This document shows, piece by piece, positions 7,807-16,349 of a DNA stretch of 42,429 nt. Each line of letters opens with the position of its first letter. The first letter of the stretch is position 1. Source of the stretch: Acidobacteriota bacterium (GTDB lineage Bacteria; Acidobacteriota; Terriglobia; Terriglobales; Acidobacteriaceae); the NCBI GenBank assembly GCA_021790655.1, contig JAJYGR010000001.1, positions 1 through 42,429 of the forward strand. Direction: 5' to 3'. A program made the translations under genes and the position numbers. The notes below the pieces were generated by a model, which was given only the letters and a program-made list of their open reading frames with translations, made no database searches and was not told the origin of the DNA.

Positions 7807-9075
7807 ATGACCGTCCTGAATGAGAAACAACGGGCCGAGATCCTGGATGCAGTTTCAAAGACGGTAGTGAAGCGTTTCTACGATCCGCAGCTTCGCGGTA
7901 TCGATTGGGACGCAGCGGTTGCAAGACACAGAAGCGACATCGTGACTGCGCCGAATGCGGAGGCTTTTGAAAGTGCAATCTCCAAACTGCTCAGTGAACT
8001 GAAAACGTCTCACATAGGTTTCTATCATCACGCCCTGGAGAGGGCCACGAGCAAAATGGCAATCAGTGCCACCTATACCTCGTTTCCGGTCGATGGAAAC
8101 GAATGCTGGGTATTTCAAGATGTTCATCCGGGAGGAGCAGCGCATCTGGCGGGCATTCGCCCGGGAGACATTCTCGTGTCTGTAGACGGACGATCCTTTG
8201 CCCCGCCGGAGCATCCGGTCTTTCCCATGGGCCAGAAGGTGGAGCTGAAAGTAATCACGTCTATCCACCAGGCAGAGGTTCGACTTGTCGATGTCCCACC
8301 ACCAACCCGGAAGCGCAATCAGCTTCCCTACGCCCAGCCAAAACTTGTGAGCGGAAAGAGGCTCCGGGCCGATACAGGCTACATCCGGATCTCGATGTAT
8401 CCGGGAATGATAGGGATTGAGGTTGCGAATGAAATCTCTTCCACAGTAAAATTTTTGGGCTCGATCGAAAGACTGATCCTCGACCTACGCGGCAATACCG
8501 GCGGCGGAATCGGTGTTCTCCGGGCGATGAGTTTTCTGACCCCTGAGCGGATTCCAGTTGGTTACTCCCTGACGCGAAGACAACTTGAGAGCGCACACAA
8601 CATCGACCAGTCCTTGGTATTTGACCGCATCCCTGCAAAGAAACGCGGCTTGTTCCCCATGGCGTTCAAGTTCCTCGTGTTTCCCTGGCTGCTGAAGTTT
8701 GCAAGGCAGAAGAAATTCATCACTCTGGCAACCGAAGGGCTCGGCCATCAACCATTTCAGGGCCGCATTGTGTTGTTGGTCAATCGCCACACTGCGAGTG
8801 CGAATGAGATGCTGGTAGCCTTCGCGAAAGAGAACCGCCTGGCAACGATCGTCGGAGAAGCCACTCCCGGACGGCTGCTCGCCGGCAACAAGTTCAAGCT
8901 GCCCTACGATTACTGGCTTGCGCTTCCGGTGGGCGTTTATCGCACAGCGTCCGGCACACTGCTCGAAGGAACGCCGATTGTTCCCGACATTGAGGTCTCA
9001 TTCGATCCCGGACAGGCGCGCGAAGGAAGGGACACGCAGTTGGAGAAAGCCATCGAAATAGTCTCTCAGATCTAA
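7807..9075 (+). CDS. S41 family peptidase with PDZ domain (C-terminal processing protease-like)
   Basis: It has a PDZ-like segment (GGAAHLAGIRPGDILVSVDGRSF) and S41 motifs (LILDLRGNTGGGIG and VNRHTASANEMLVAF). A GGAGG RBS precedes the start. Confidence 0.85.
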   Translation: MTVLNEKQRAEILDAVSKTVVKRFYDPQLRGIDWDAAVARHRSDIVTAPNAEAFESAISKLLSELKTSHIGFYHHALERATSKMAISATYTSFPVDGNECWVFQDVHPGGAAHLAGIRPGDILVSVDGRSFAPPEHPVFPMGQKVELKVITSIHQAEVRLVDVPPPTRKRNQLPYAQPKLVSGKRLRADTGYIRISMYPGMIGIEVANEISSTVKFLGSIERLILDLRGNTGGGIGVLRAMSFLTPERIPVGYSLTRRQLESAHNIDQSLVFDRIPAKKRGLFPMAFKFLVFPWLLKFARQKKFITLATEGLGHQPFQGRIVLLVNRHTASANEMLVAFAKENRLATIVGEATPGRLLAGNKFKLPYDYWLALPVGVYRTASGTLLEGTPIVPDIEVSFDPGQAREGRDTQLEKAIEIVSQI

Positions 9076-9186
9076 AATCCATCCTGCCAAGGCTGTCAAA
9101 ACCGGCGACAAGGCGCTGATCCGCTTCCTAGGTTGACTCTCGATGAGTTCTTTACCAGAGCTCAACCCGCGACGATAGCGGTTTTG

Positions 9187-9960
9187 TTACTTGAGTTTTA
9201 GTGAGTAGAAGTAGGCGGCTGAGTCCCCTACATAAGTGGTCGCCAGATAGTATCGCCCTGGAGGTAAAGGCCGGAGATCAAGGCGCACAGAAAGACTCGT
9301 CTCCGCTCCCTGAGAGGTAGCGACTGCTCTGCCCTCCGTTTTGACCGATGCTAATTTCCGGTCTGTAGCCACTGAAACACGATAGGCGCCAGGAGGGCTG
9401 TAATACGGAAGTACTACGTGAAGGTCAATCAGTTTCCGTGGTAAGCAGTATTCTCCAGATGCGGGGACGCTGGTTCCTCGCTGTCCTCCGCTTTGGCTGA
9501 GATCGAGCACTTCCGAAACCGCTTGTTCCTCCTTTCTCGCGCGGCGTAATTGACTTCTCCAGCCAAGACCAATAACAAGCAAAACACAACCGAATGCCAC
9601 TGCGCCAGCCCAAACCATCCAACGGCGACTTCCGGAATGGATAGCGGGCAAAAGCGCAGAAGGCAGCTGAGGTACGTCCGTGATTTGGCGTCCCTGCCGG
9701 AGGGCCATTAAGTCCCGTGTGCACTCAGCGCATTTGAATATGTGGAGATATTTTGGATCTGCGAGATCCAGATTTTCCGGACAAGAAACAAACTCTTCGA
9801 GCGTTTGCCGATCGAGGCATCCGATGCGCTGAGGATTTGGATAATGTTCCAACACGTAGTCCTGCAGCGTGTCGAAGAGGAGAGTATCGTTCTCGTCGTT
9901 ATTTGAGAAAGGCTGACGCTCGTTCACAAAATCCTTTCCATGATTTCCGATGGCGCTCAA
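9187..9960 (-). CDS. Putative anti-sigma factor (Cys-rich cytoplasmic N-domain, one TM helix, extracytoplasmic beta-rich domain)
   Basis: The gene lies immediately downstream of a sigma-like gene with a 6-nt gap. It has a Cys/His cluster (IGCLDRQTLEEFVSCPENLD...HIFKCAECTRDLMAL), a TM helix (WMVWAGAVAFGCVLLVIGLGW), and then a C-terminal domain. Confidence 0.55.
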   Translation of the reverse strand: MSAIGNHGKDFVNERQPFSNNDENDTLLFDTLQDYVLEHYPNPQRIGCLDRQTLEEFVSCPENLDLADPKYLHIFKCAECTRDLMALRQGRQITDVPQLPSALLPAIHSGSRRWMVWAGAVAFGCVLLVIGLGWRSQLRRARKEEQAVSEVLDLSQSGGQRGTSVPASGEYCLPRKLIDLHVVLPYYSPPGAYRVSVATDRKLASVKTEGRAVATSQGAETSLSVRLDLRPLPPGRYYLATTYVGDSAAYFYSLKLK

Positions 9961-9966
9961 TGGAGT

Positions 9967-10545
9967 TTACGTCGAGCGGTCCGGAATACCGAGTCTTTGA
10001 CGGATTCGCTTCAACTCGCGTCGACAGCTTTTGCGAACCGCATCTTCGGTAGTGGCCATTCTATCCGCCACTTCGCTCCAGCGAGCGCAGCTACCGTAGC
10101 GCATCAGCAGAGCAATGCGCACCTCTGGACGGGTATCGCGAAGCACTGCTTCCAGATCAAGTTTCGCTTCAGCGTGGGTAAAATCATTTGCTGCCGTAAT
10201 ATCCGGCATCGACTCCAGTGCGGAACCGGGATAGGAAAGCCGCTTACGGGCATCTCTCCTCCGCCTCACTTCCAAACTATAAAAATGGCGCAGAACCGTG
10301 CAAGTATCTTCCACCCCGATGGGGCCGCCATCGGCGAGACGATTCACGGTCCGGTCAATCGCCCGCTCCATCATTTCCGAAACGAATGAATCGTCGCCCT
10401 GCTGCGCAATCGCTGTCCGCGTGGCCTCCTGCCAGTTCAACTCAACGGCAGTCCGTACAACCGGGCCGATCCATTGCTGCTGCGGCGGGATCTTCATAAC
10501 CCAGCAATGGTCAGAGGGAAAGGGTGCTGCCATAACATCTCCCAC
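9967..10545 (-). CDS. Sigma-70 region-4-like HTH protein (divergent ECF-like sigma factor)
   Basis: The C-terminus EVRIALLMRYGSCARWSEVADRMATTEDAVRKSCRRELKRIRQRLG resembles a sigma region 4 / LuxR-type HTH. The N-terminal half lacks an obvious region-2 motif. Confidence 0.5.
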   Translation of the reverse strand: MGDVMAAPFPSDHCWVMKIPPQQQWIGPVVRTAVELNWQEATRTAIAQQGDDSFVSEMMERAIDRTVNRLADGGPIGVEDTCTVLRHFYSLEVRRRRDARKRLSYPGSALESMPDITAANDFTHAEAKLDLEAVLRDTRPEVRIALLMRYGSCARWSEVADRMATTEDAVRKSCRRELKRIRQRLGIPDRST

Positions 10546-10707
10546 AACAGGGATTGCTCACACCCATGTCCGAAGGCGGGCTGGGCCTATTAAGGGTACG
10601 AGAAGTCACCACAAAAATCCACACATCTGTCCGATTTTTCACTTTTCCACAGCCTTTATAGGTAGAGGGGTTTTTGCCCCTCGCTCTCCTCGTAGTTGGA
10701 GGTGCGC

Positions 10708-11445
10708 ATGGGACTGGATCATCCCCTCACAGAACATTCCCGGACATGGGGGCCTGAAGCGCGGGCCCTGGCAGCCCAGGCACAGGTGTTGTCAGGAATC
10801 AAGCTTGACCAACTGGTTCGCCGCTTGCAACGTCAGACAGGGCAATCGCGCGAGGCATGTTGGCGCTTCGTCATCCAGCATGGACTCAAAGGAAGGGTCG
10901 AATACCGCAGGTGGAGCGAAGAGGAGATCGAAGAAGTTCGTGAGGAACTGGTGAAGCATTCTGTCGAAGAGGTAGCGAAAAAGCTGAAGCGAAGCGCCAA
11001 GGCCATACGCTGCATGTTGCACAGGAACAATCTGACCGTACGTGACATCCGGTGCGATTGCTTTTCAGTCGAGGCCCTGGCGAACGTTCTGCGTATTCGC
11101 AAGACAGAAATTCTCCATTGGATCGAACAGAAGTGGTTGCAGCCGACGGTTCGCACGATTGGGAAAAAGCAGTTCTATACCATAAGCCCGGAGGCGTTCC
11201 TCCTGCTTTACAAGCACCATCTGCATGACCTTCTGGAGCAACGACGGATTCCGAATCTGGCCATGTTCGAGGCATTTTACCAATACTGCTACACGCCCAA
11301 GCACACCGTAGGCGAGCAGTTGCTTGACGTTCGCCGGGATAAGCGAGAGCGCGCGGCTTATGCCGCGCTCCAAGAGAGCGAAGAAAACGAGGAAGAGGGG
11401 GAGGATTTCAATGCCGAAGCAAGTAGAGAATTCACCGAAAACTGA
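10708..11445 (+). CDS. Hypothetical DNA-binding protein (putative HTH, acidic C-tail)
   Basis: A GGAGG RBS lies 6 nt before ATG 10708. There is an HTH-like segment (FSVEALANVLRIRKTEILHWIEQKWLQ) and a SANT/Myb-like RRWSEEEIEEVREEL. No family was recognised with certainty. Confidence 0.5.
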   Translation: MGLDHPLTEHSRTWGPEARALAAQAQVLSGIKLDQLVRRLQRQTGQSREACWRFVIQHGLKGRVEYRRWSEEEIEEVREELVKHSVEEVAKKLKRSAKAIRCMLHRNNLTVRDIRCDCFSVEALANVLRIRKTEILHWIEQKWLQPTVRTIGKKQFYTISPEAFLLLYKHHLHDLLEQRRIPNLAMFEAFYQYCYTPKHTVGEQLLDVRRDKRERAAYAALQESEENEEEGEDFNAEASREFTEN

Positions 11446-11665
11446 AGAGACAATTGTCACAAGCCGGTGTCCACATTGTGGCGCCCAGACACTGCAGCCG
11501 TCAGGAACACGGGAGATCGTGATCGATATTCTTGGTTGTCTGCTGCTACTGGCGGTCCTGGTTCCATTGGCATATTTCGGAACTTGCTGGTTCGATCAGC
11601 AACTACAGGCTCACGCCTCACACTTTCTGTGGCATCAACCACTCGAATATTGGGATCTCCGTTGA
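11411..11665 (+). CDS. Small membrane protein with N-terminal CxxC motif (hypothetical)
   Basis: A GAGGA RBS precedes ATG 11411. The product has CPHCGAQ followed by one TM helix (VIDILGCLLLLAVLVPLAYFG). It overlaps the preceding gene by 35 nt. Confidence 0.45.
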   Translation: MPKQVENSPKTEETIVTSRCPHCGAQTLQPSGTREIVIDILGCLLLLAVLVPLAYFGTCWFDQQLQAHASHFLWHQPLEYWDLR

Positions 11666-11769
11666 TTTGTTTCTCCAATATGGCTCGGTTATATATTCAG
11701 ATGCTCGATTCGAGGTAGACGTCAAGCCACGAGAGGACTACGAGTGCTACGCTCGAAATTGGAGGAACT

Positions 11770-12030
11770 ATGAGCATACAAGGTGCTGTTGCTGAACTCG
11801 ATAAGGCGATTGCAGAACTGAATAAGGAGATCGAACGCCTGACAAAGATTCGCAGCTCGCTATTTTCAGGAGCGCCAACTCCCGGAACGCCAAAACTTTC
11901 AACGCCGGTACAAAAATCCGCTGTTCCGGCAAAGAAGAAAAGGACGCTCTCAGCAGAAGGCAGGAGGAATATATTGGAAGCGAACAAACGCAGATGGGCT
12001 GCCGCCAAGAACGAGAAAGCGAAAAAGTAG
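11770..12030 (+). CDS. Hypothetical small coiled-coil / basic-tail protein
   Basis: A GGAGGA RBS precedes the start. The 86-aa product has an N-terminal coiled coil (AVAELDKAIAELNKEIERLTK) and a Lys/Arg-rich tail (KKKRTLSAEGRRNILEANKRRWAAAKNEKAKK). Confidence 0.5.
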   Translation: MSIQGAVAELDKAIAELNKEIERLTKIRSSLFSGAPTPGTPKLSTPVQKSAVPAKKKRTLSAEGRRNILEANKRRWAAAKNEKAKK

Positions 12031-12091
12031 TCTTATTGTTTTTCTAAAGCTCAGTTACGCGACCAGCGTGGCGTGACGCCATGTTTGCGCG

Positions 12092-12550
12092 CTATGCGGC
12101 ACGCCGGAGTGCAAGGCGTCGGTGCCGCGCTTCAGCGTATGCGAGTTCGTCGGCGCGGGCCTGGAGCCGGTGGCCGCTGTGACCACGGACCCACGTCCAG
12201 CGTATACGCACCCCTTTCTCCAGTTGAAGCAACTCCCGCCACAACCCTTGATGCTGCAGTGGCAAACCGCGCCGGTTTCTCCATCCCCGGTTTTTCCATC
12301 TGGTTGTGAGATCGTTCATCCCGCGAATTAGATAATCTGAGTCGGAGTACAAATTTACTTTGGACCTTGCGGGAATCGAACGAAGTGCTTGAATCGCCGC
12401 CATAAGTTCCATCTCTGAAATTGTGGTCCAGGAGCTTCCGCCCGAAATCTCCCACTGCATACGTCCGTTCACGAGAACCGCCGCCCAACCACCGGGCCCG
12501 GGGTTCCCAATCGCGGAACCGTCCGTAACGACATAAAATTGCTGATTCAT
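12092..12550 (-). CDS. rnhA: Ribonuclease HI
   Basis: The sequence is VVTDGSAIGNPGPGGWAAVL...SEMELMAAIQAL...VNLYSDSDYLIRGM...WTWVRGHSGHRLQARADELA. The DEDD catalytic residues sit in canonical RNase H context. I chose the start at ATG 12550 because of a GGAGAG RBS. Confidence 0.88.
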   Translation of the reverse strand: MNQQFYVVTDGSAIGNPGPGGWAAVLVNGRMQWEISGGSSWTTISEMELMAAIQALRSIPARSKVNLYSDSDYLIRGMNDLTTRWKNRGWRNRRGLPLQHQGLWRELLQLEKGVRIRWTWVRGHSGHRLQARADELAYAEARHRRLALRRAA

Positions 12551-12805
12551 GAAAAAGCTCTCCAGCGCAAAGAAGGTTCCCGCGGTCACAGATGGTTCTG
12601 CATTTCGCTCTTGATTTGAGAAAAGGGCGGGAGACTTGCTATCGACAATGGAAGCCTATGCGGCGATTCTGGAAAGTGAGCGGAATCGTACGATAGTCTT
12701 TGCAGGTAATGTTGACTCCTGCGAGTGGATCAGAATGCTAAGAGCTTTACGTCCGCTGTTCGTCAGGCTGGGGCAGTGGCATGCGGCATGATCAAAACAA
12801 GGACC

Positions 12806-13255
12806 TTAGCGCTCAGTCGCTGCTCTGCGTCTCGCACTACGGAGCGGATTGAGAATGTTCACACCGGGAAAGTGCTTCTCGTTGTCTGTGACCACAACGC
12901 AATCGTTCACCTCGGCGATCGCGGCAATGACCATGTCGAAAGCGCTCCTGGGGCGCCCTGCTGCAGTACCTTCCGACATGAGACGGGCCCAGATAAGTGC
13001 TGCGTTTTCGTCGAAAGCCAACACGCGTCCTCGAAACAGCGCCTGAGGGCCCTCCGGTCCGTGAAACCATTCTTCAAGCTGCCTGCGCTTTTTCCCTGCC
13101 GACTTCTCCAGAACGCCGCGCCGGATTTCGGCCAGGCTCAATGTAGAAATGAACAAATCTTCGTCCACCTGTTCCTCCATCCATTCGATGAGCGGCTGCG
13201 AAGGGGTTGGCTTCGTGGCATTGCTGATGATGTTGGTGTCGAGGAGATACCTCAT
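12806..13255 (-). CDS. vapC: Type II toxin, PIN-domain ribonuclease (VapC/FitB-like)
   Basis: MRYLLDTNIISNATKP...STLSLAEIRRGV...DMVIAAIAEVNDCVVVTDNEKHF shows the acidic PIN residues in a typical arrangement. There is a 4-nt overlap with the upstream antitoxin gene. Confidence 0.88.
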   Translation of the reverse strand: MRYLLDTNIISNATKPTPSQPLIEWMEEQVDEDLFISTLSLAEIRRGVLEKSAGKKRRQLEEWFHGPEGPQALFRGRVLAFDENAALIWARLMSEGTAAGRPRSAFDMVIAAIAEVNDCVVVTDNEKHFPGVNILNPLRSARRRAATER

Positions 13256-13554
13256 AGATCGACTTTCCTGCCAGCGTCAAAGGGACGGTCAATCTCCAAC
13301 TCCAGTCCAACCAGCGGTGAGCGACGAAGGGCCGCAAGAATGCCACCCTTCTTTTGAGGTAGATCGGAGACCGTCTGCCTGACCTGCGACCGAATTTGGT
13401 TGGCCTCTGCGTCGTTCTGGGCCAGCCGCTTTGCGAGTGAGCGGATCAGGTCGCGATCGGCGTCGAGACCGAGAACTTCAAACCGCGCAACTCCCCGCTT
13501 GCGGAGGCGTTTCCGGTAGTTGTTAATCGCCCGCTTCTGGGCTGCGTTGTTCAT
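13252..13554 (-). CDS. vapB: Type II antitoxin (VapB/FitA-like)
   Basis: The 100-aa product has a basic N-terminal DNA-binding segment (QKRAINNYRKRLRKRGVARFEVLGLD). It is translationally coupled to the PIN gene. Confidence 0.75.
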   Translation of the reverse strand: MNNAAQKRAINNYRKRLRKRGVARFEVLGLDADRDLIRSLAKRLAQNDAEANQIRSQVRQTVSDLPQKKGGILAALRRSPLVGLELEIDRPFDAGRKVDL

Positions 13555-13782
13555 GTCCTGCCTCCCTTCTATATCCTGTAATATATCTGGTGAGTGTCTT
13601 CATTCGCAAGGAAATCACGTCCTGGCGTCCTGGCATTGGACTTGAAGACTTGTCCAGGAGACATATCCGATCTAATTGTGGGGGGCAACAGGTTATTCCG
13701 ATTCAAGCTTGATCGTTGTGGGAAGGAGCGAGGCCCCTACTCGCGTGAAGTTGGTGCCAGTTGGAAAGCCGACAATGGGGTT

Positions 13783-14388
13783 TCAGGCGACACGCACATG
13801 AGATCCCCGATGCACCTCAGCCCCGGGCACAATTTCCCCATGTCCGATGGCTTGCCGGATTGCTTCGTTATTAGGCATTTTCTGTTGGACGCAGGCTAAC
13901 AGAGCAACTTTGACGTCCTGTGGAAGACATTCCAAAACGGATTCCCAGAGGCTACCCTGAACTCTGACGTCCACCTCCCGAAAGGCCAGGGGTACCTGCA
14001 TTTCATCGATAATGCGCACTGAATCCTGACTATTCTTCTGCAACCGAAGAGTGAATTCTCTGCCCTCGATCTTCCTGAGGTCCCGGCTCTTGAGGTGGTA
14101 CAGCACCATGCCCTTCGTCCTCGCGATCTTGTTGTCTGCCGAGCGTGAGCGCTCCTGTAGGCGTGCAGCTTCGCTCTTGCAGTACAGCATCCGGGCCTCC
14201 ATCACACGCAGGAAGCGCCCGATCCGGTCCACTTTCTCGCCGTGGGCTTCGCAGAATTTCTGGAAGCGATCCATGAGATATGCTCTAGCCTCTCCCTGAT
14301 TCTCAATCTCTTCCTGAATCTCATCGAGAAGCGTGTCCAGTTCCGCATCGATCTCAAATAACGAATTCTCTTGAGCAATTGCAGACAT
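13783..14388 (-). CDS. Siphovirus Gp157-family protein (phage-derived, orphan)
   Basis: The layout LFEIDAELDTLLDEIQEEIENQGE...KVDRIGRFLRVMEARMLYCKSEAARLQERSRSADNKIARTKGMVLYHL...REFTLRLQKNSQDSVRIIDEMQVP matches the Gp157 family as I remember it. An AGGAGG RBS precedes ATG 14388. Confidence 0.6.
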   Translation of the reverse strand: MSAIAQENSLFEIDAELDTLLDEIQEEIENQGEARAYLMDRFQKFCEAHGEKVDRIGRFLRVMEARMLYCKSEAARLQERSRSADNKIARTKGMVLYHLKSRDLRKIEGREFTLRLQKNSQDSVRIIDEMQVPLAFREVDVRVQGSLWESVLECLPQDVKVALLACVQQKMPNNEAIRQAIGHGEIVPGAEVHRGSHVRVA

Positions 14389-14688
14389 TCTTGTCCCTCC
14401 TGGAACTTCTTGGTTTTGGTTGGCGAGGACGGTAGGCATCGATCTGAGAAAGCGGATTCATTTCGCCTGGATATTTCGCGACACTGGGCACTCTGCTGGT
14501 TGCTGGCCGCGATATCACCTAGACAAACACCTACCAGAAAAGGCCCTTCGCCATCGTTTCCCGAATGACGGGTAACACGGGAAGTTGGGTGATGGGTGAG
14601 AACGAATCTCATCATGGCACGGCGGATTGCTTCCGGAATGGCCGGCACGCCGGACGGAATTTCACTCCCATTTGTAGAGCCTGTTCCG

Positions 14689-15772
14689 TTACAACAAGAG
14701 CCGGGACGCATCTTCCCACAACTCCTGAGCAATGGTGCCGGCGAGTTCAGTCCGCGCGAACCTAGCGGCCTGCCCGGCACACAGTTGCATTCGGTCGGCA
14801 TCTCCCGCCTTCTGAGCATCTTCCCGCATCGCGCGAGTGAGTCCGCGTTGGACAGGATAAGGAGCTGGAGGAGGAACCTTTGGAGAAGCAGATGCACGAG
14901 CGTACGCCGTTGCTACGCAGCGTCCGGGGCGCCCGGTGAATGCACGCGTAACCATGGTTTCGTTGGCCTCCGTGTGCGCAAGTCTGTCTGCAAACGCAGG
15001 ATGTACCATCGCTTCCGGCGAGCGCAGGAATCCAGTTCCTATCTGTACCGCGCTGGCGCCCAGGATCAGCGCCGCCGCCACTCCGCGTGCGTCGGCACAA
15101 TTCCCCCAGTAGCGATGACGGGCACGGTAACGGCGTCCACCACTTGCAGCAAGAGAGCGATCAAGCCCTACCATTTGACATTCCGCCTCGTCAGCGTGGA
15201 AGGCCCGCGGTGTCCGCAAGCTTCCATACCCTGGGCAACAATGACGTCAGCACCCGCCGCCTCCGCAGCCCTGGCTTCGGCACCGTCGTAGCGGTGGCAA
15301 ACCACAGGATTCCGCATGCTTTTAATTCCGAGACAAAGGCCGGGGCGTAGAGGCCCATAATCGAAGAGACGCCTTCGGCGCTACGGTGATCATGGCCTGA
15401 CATTGCGCCTCAAAGTCCGACAACACCACGTCGCCCGCTTCCGGTGGAACCGGCTGTCCCCACGTTGCAAGATACTCCCGCTGCTGCTTTTCGGACTCGA
15501 AATCACGCACTGGTGCAGGGCCTGGAATCCAAAGGTTGAGTTGAAATTCTCCCTTACTCTGTTGACGACATTCGGCGCTCCAATCCTGGAGCGCCGAATG
15601 TCATCAACAAAGCTCCACACGCACCCAATCCTCCGGCATTGGCTACGGCAATCGACAGGAATGGAGGGCAGGCCCCCGCCATGGGTGCCAGCAGGACCGG
15701 CAGACGAATCCCTAGACGGTCGGTGAAAGCCTCGGCGCGCGCGCGAGGAGAGGAGTGTTTTTTGTCGCCCAT
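14689..15772 (-). pseudogene. Nitronate monooxygenase (NMO / 2-nitropropane dioxygenase family) pseudogene with at least 4-5 frame breaks
   Basis: NMO-like pieces are spread over three minus-strand frames. In order they are GIRLPVLLAPMAGACPPFLSIAVANAGGLGACGALLM, then SKGEFQLNLWIPGPAPVRDFE...AQCQAMITVAPKA, then SSIMGLYAPAFVSELKACGILWFATATTV, then ...GHRGAFHADEAECQMVGL, then IALLLQVVDAVTVPVIATGGI (other frame), then ADARGVAAALILGASAVQIGTGFLRSPEA...TRAFTGRPGR.... Confidence 0.8.
15561..15608. repeat. Near-perfect 22-bp inverted repeat (4-nt spacer) inside the NMO pseudogene
   Basis: The arms are gttgacgacattcggcgctcca (15561-15582) and tggagcgccgaatgtcatcaac (15587-15608), separated by atcc, with one mismatch. 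The repeat coincides with the first frame break of the pseudogene. Confidence 0.9.
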
Positions 15773-15917
15773 GGGGGAACCTCCGAGCAGAAATCAGGCT
15801 CCTCTAACTGTGAGCCGCGAGAAAGAAGGTTGCTCTGTCTTCAGGATAATCATCCCTGGCAAGTTTGGTTGTTACAGCCTGATGGCCGGCTTGCCGCTCA
15901 GCGGCTTAGAAGAACAA

Positions 15918-16349
15918 CTAGGCGCGGGCAAAAGGGTTTTCAATGCCTATACCAGCGATCCGTTGACCAGCGTTCAAGTCCTCCGAGATGATTCGCACTG
16001 CACCGGCCTTCCGTGCGGCAGCAAGAATGAGGGCGTCCCAAAAATTGATTCGGGCTTCATCCTCAATCTGGAATGCCATGGAAATGTCCTCCACTGCCGT
16101 GTCGACACACCAGATGGCATAGCTGTTCACGACGCCACGGGCCGCCTTCTTGCTTAAAGGCGAAGAGATCTTCCGGGTCGCATTTACGTAAAATTCCTGG
16201 AGCACCTGCATACTGAGGACACCGGTGCGGCTACTCCAGAGGCCAAGCAGGACCTCTTTCGCAATCTCATGCTTCGCTTTGGCATCGAGATCATGCGCGT
16301 AGATCAAAATATTTGTGTCCACGAAGGTCTTATCGCTCATGCAGTTCAT
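15918..16349 (-). CDS. vapC: Type II toxin, PIN-domain ribonuclease (VapC-like)
   Basis: The sequence is FVDTNILIYAHDLDA...LSMQVLQEFYVNATRK...FWDALILAAARKAGAVRIISEDLN. An alternative start exists at 16340. The gene overlaps the 3' end of the antitoxin gene. Confidence 0.85.
   Translation of the reverse strand: MNCMSDKTFVDTNILIYAHDLDAKAKHEIAKEVLLGLWSSRTGVLSMQVLQEFYVNATRKISSPLSKKAARGVVNSYAIWCVDTAVEDISMAFQIEDEARINFWDALILAAARKAGAVRIISEDLNAGQRIAGIGIENPFARA

Noticed and set aside
12681-12691. The 11-mer cggaatcgtac, identical to part of the ECF-type box at 1344-1354, as a possible third copy of that promoter.
   Set aside because: The upstream TAACC/CTTTTC blocks are absent, and the site points antisense into the vapC gene. 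It is probably a chance partial match.
14615-14631. TGGCACGgcggaTTGCT, a sigma54-like sequence on the plus strand.
   Set aside because: The GG to GC spacing is N11 rather than the required N10. It points antisense into the NMO pseudogene, and no dyad occurs upstream.
14389-14688. The 300-nt gap between the Gp157-family gene and the NMO pseudogene, and the 231-aa minus-strand ORF 14202-14897 spanning it.
   Set aside because: The long ORF overlaps both neighbours out of frame and has shadow-frame composition. I could not recognise any coding remnant or structured RNA in the gap.
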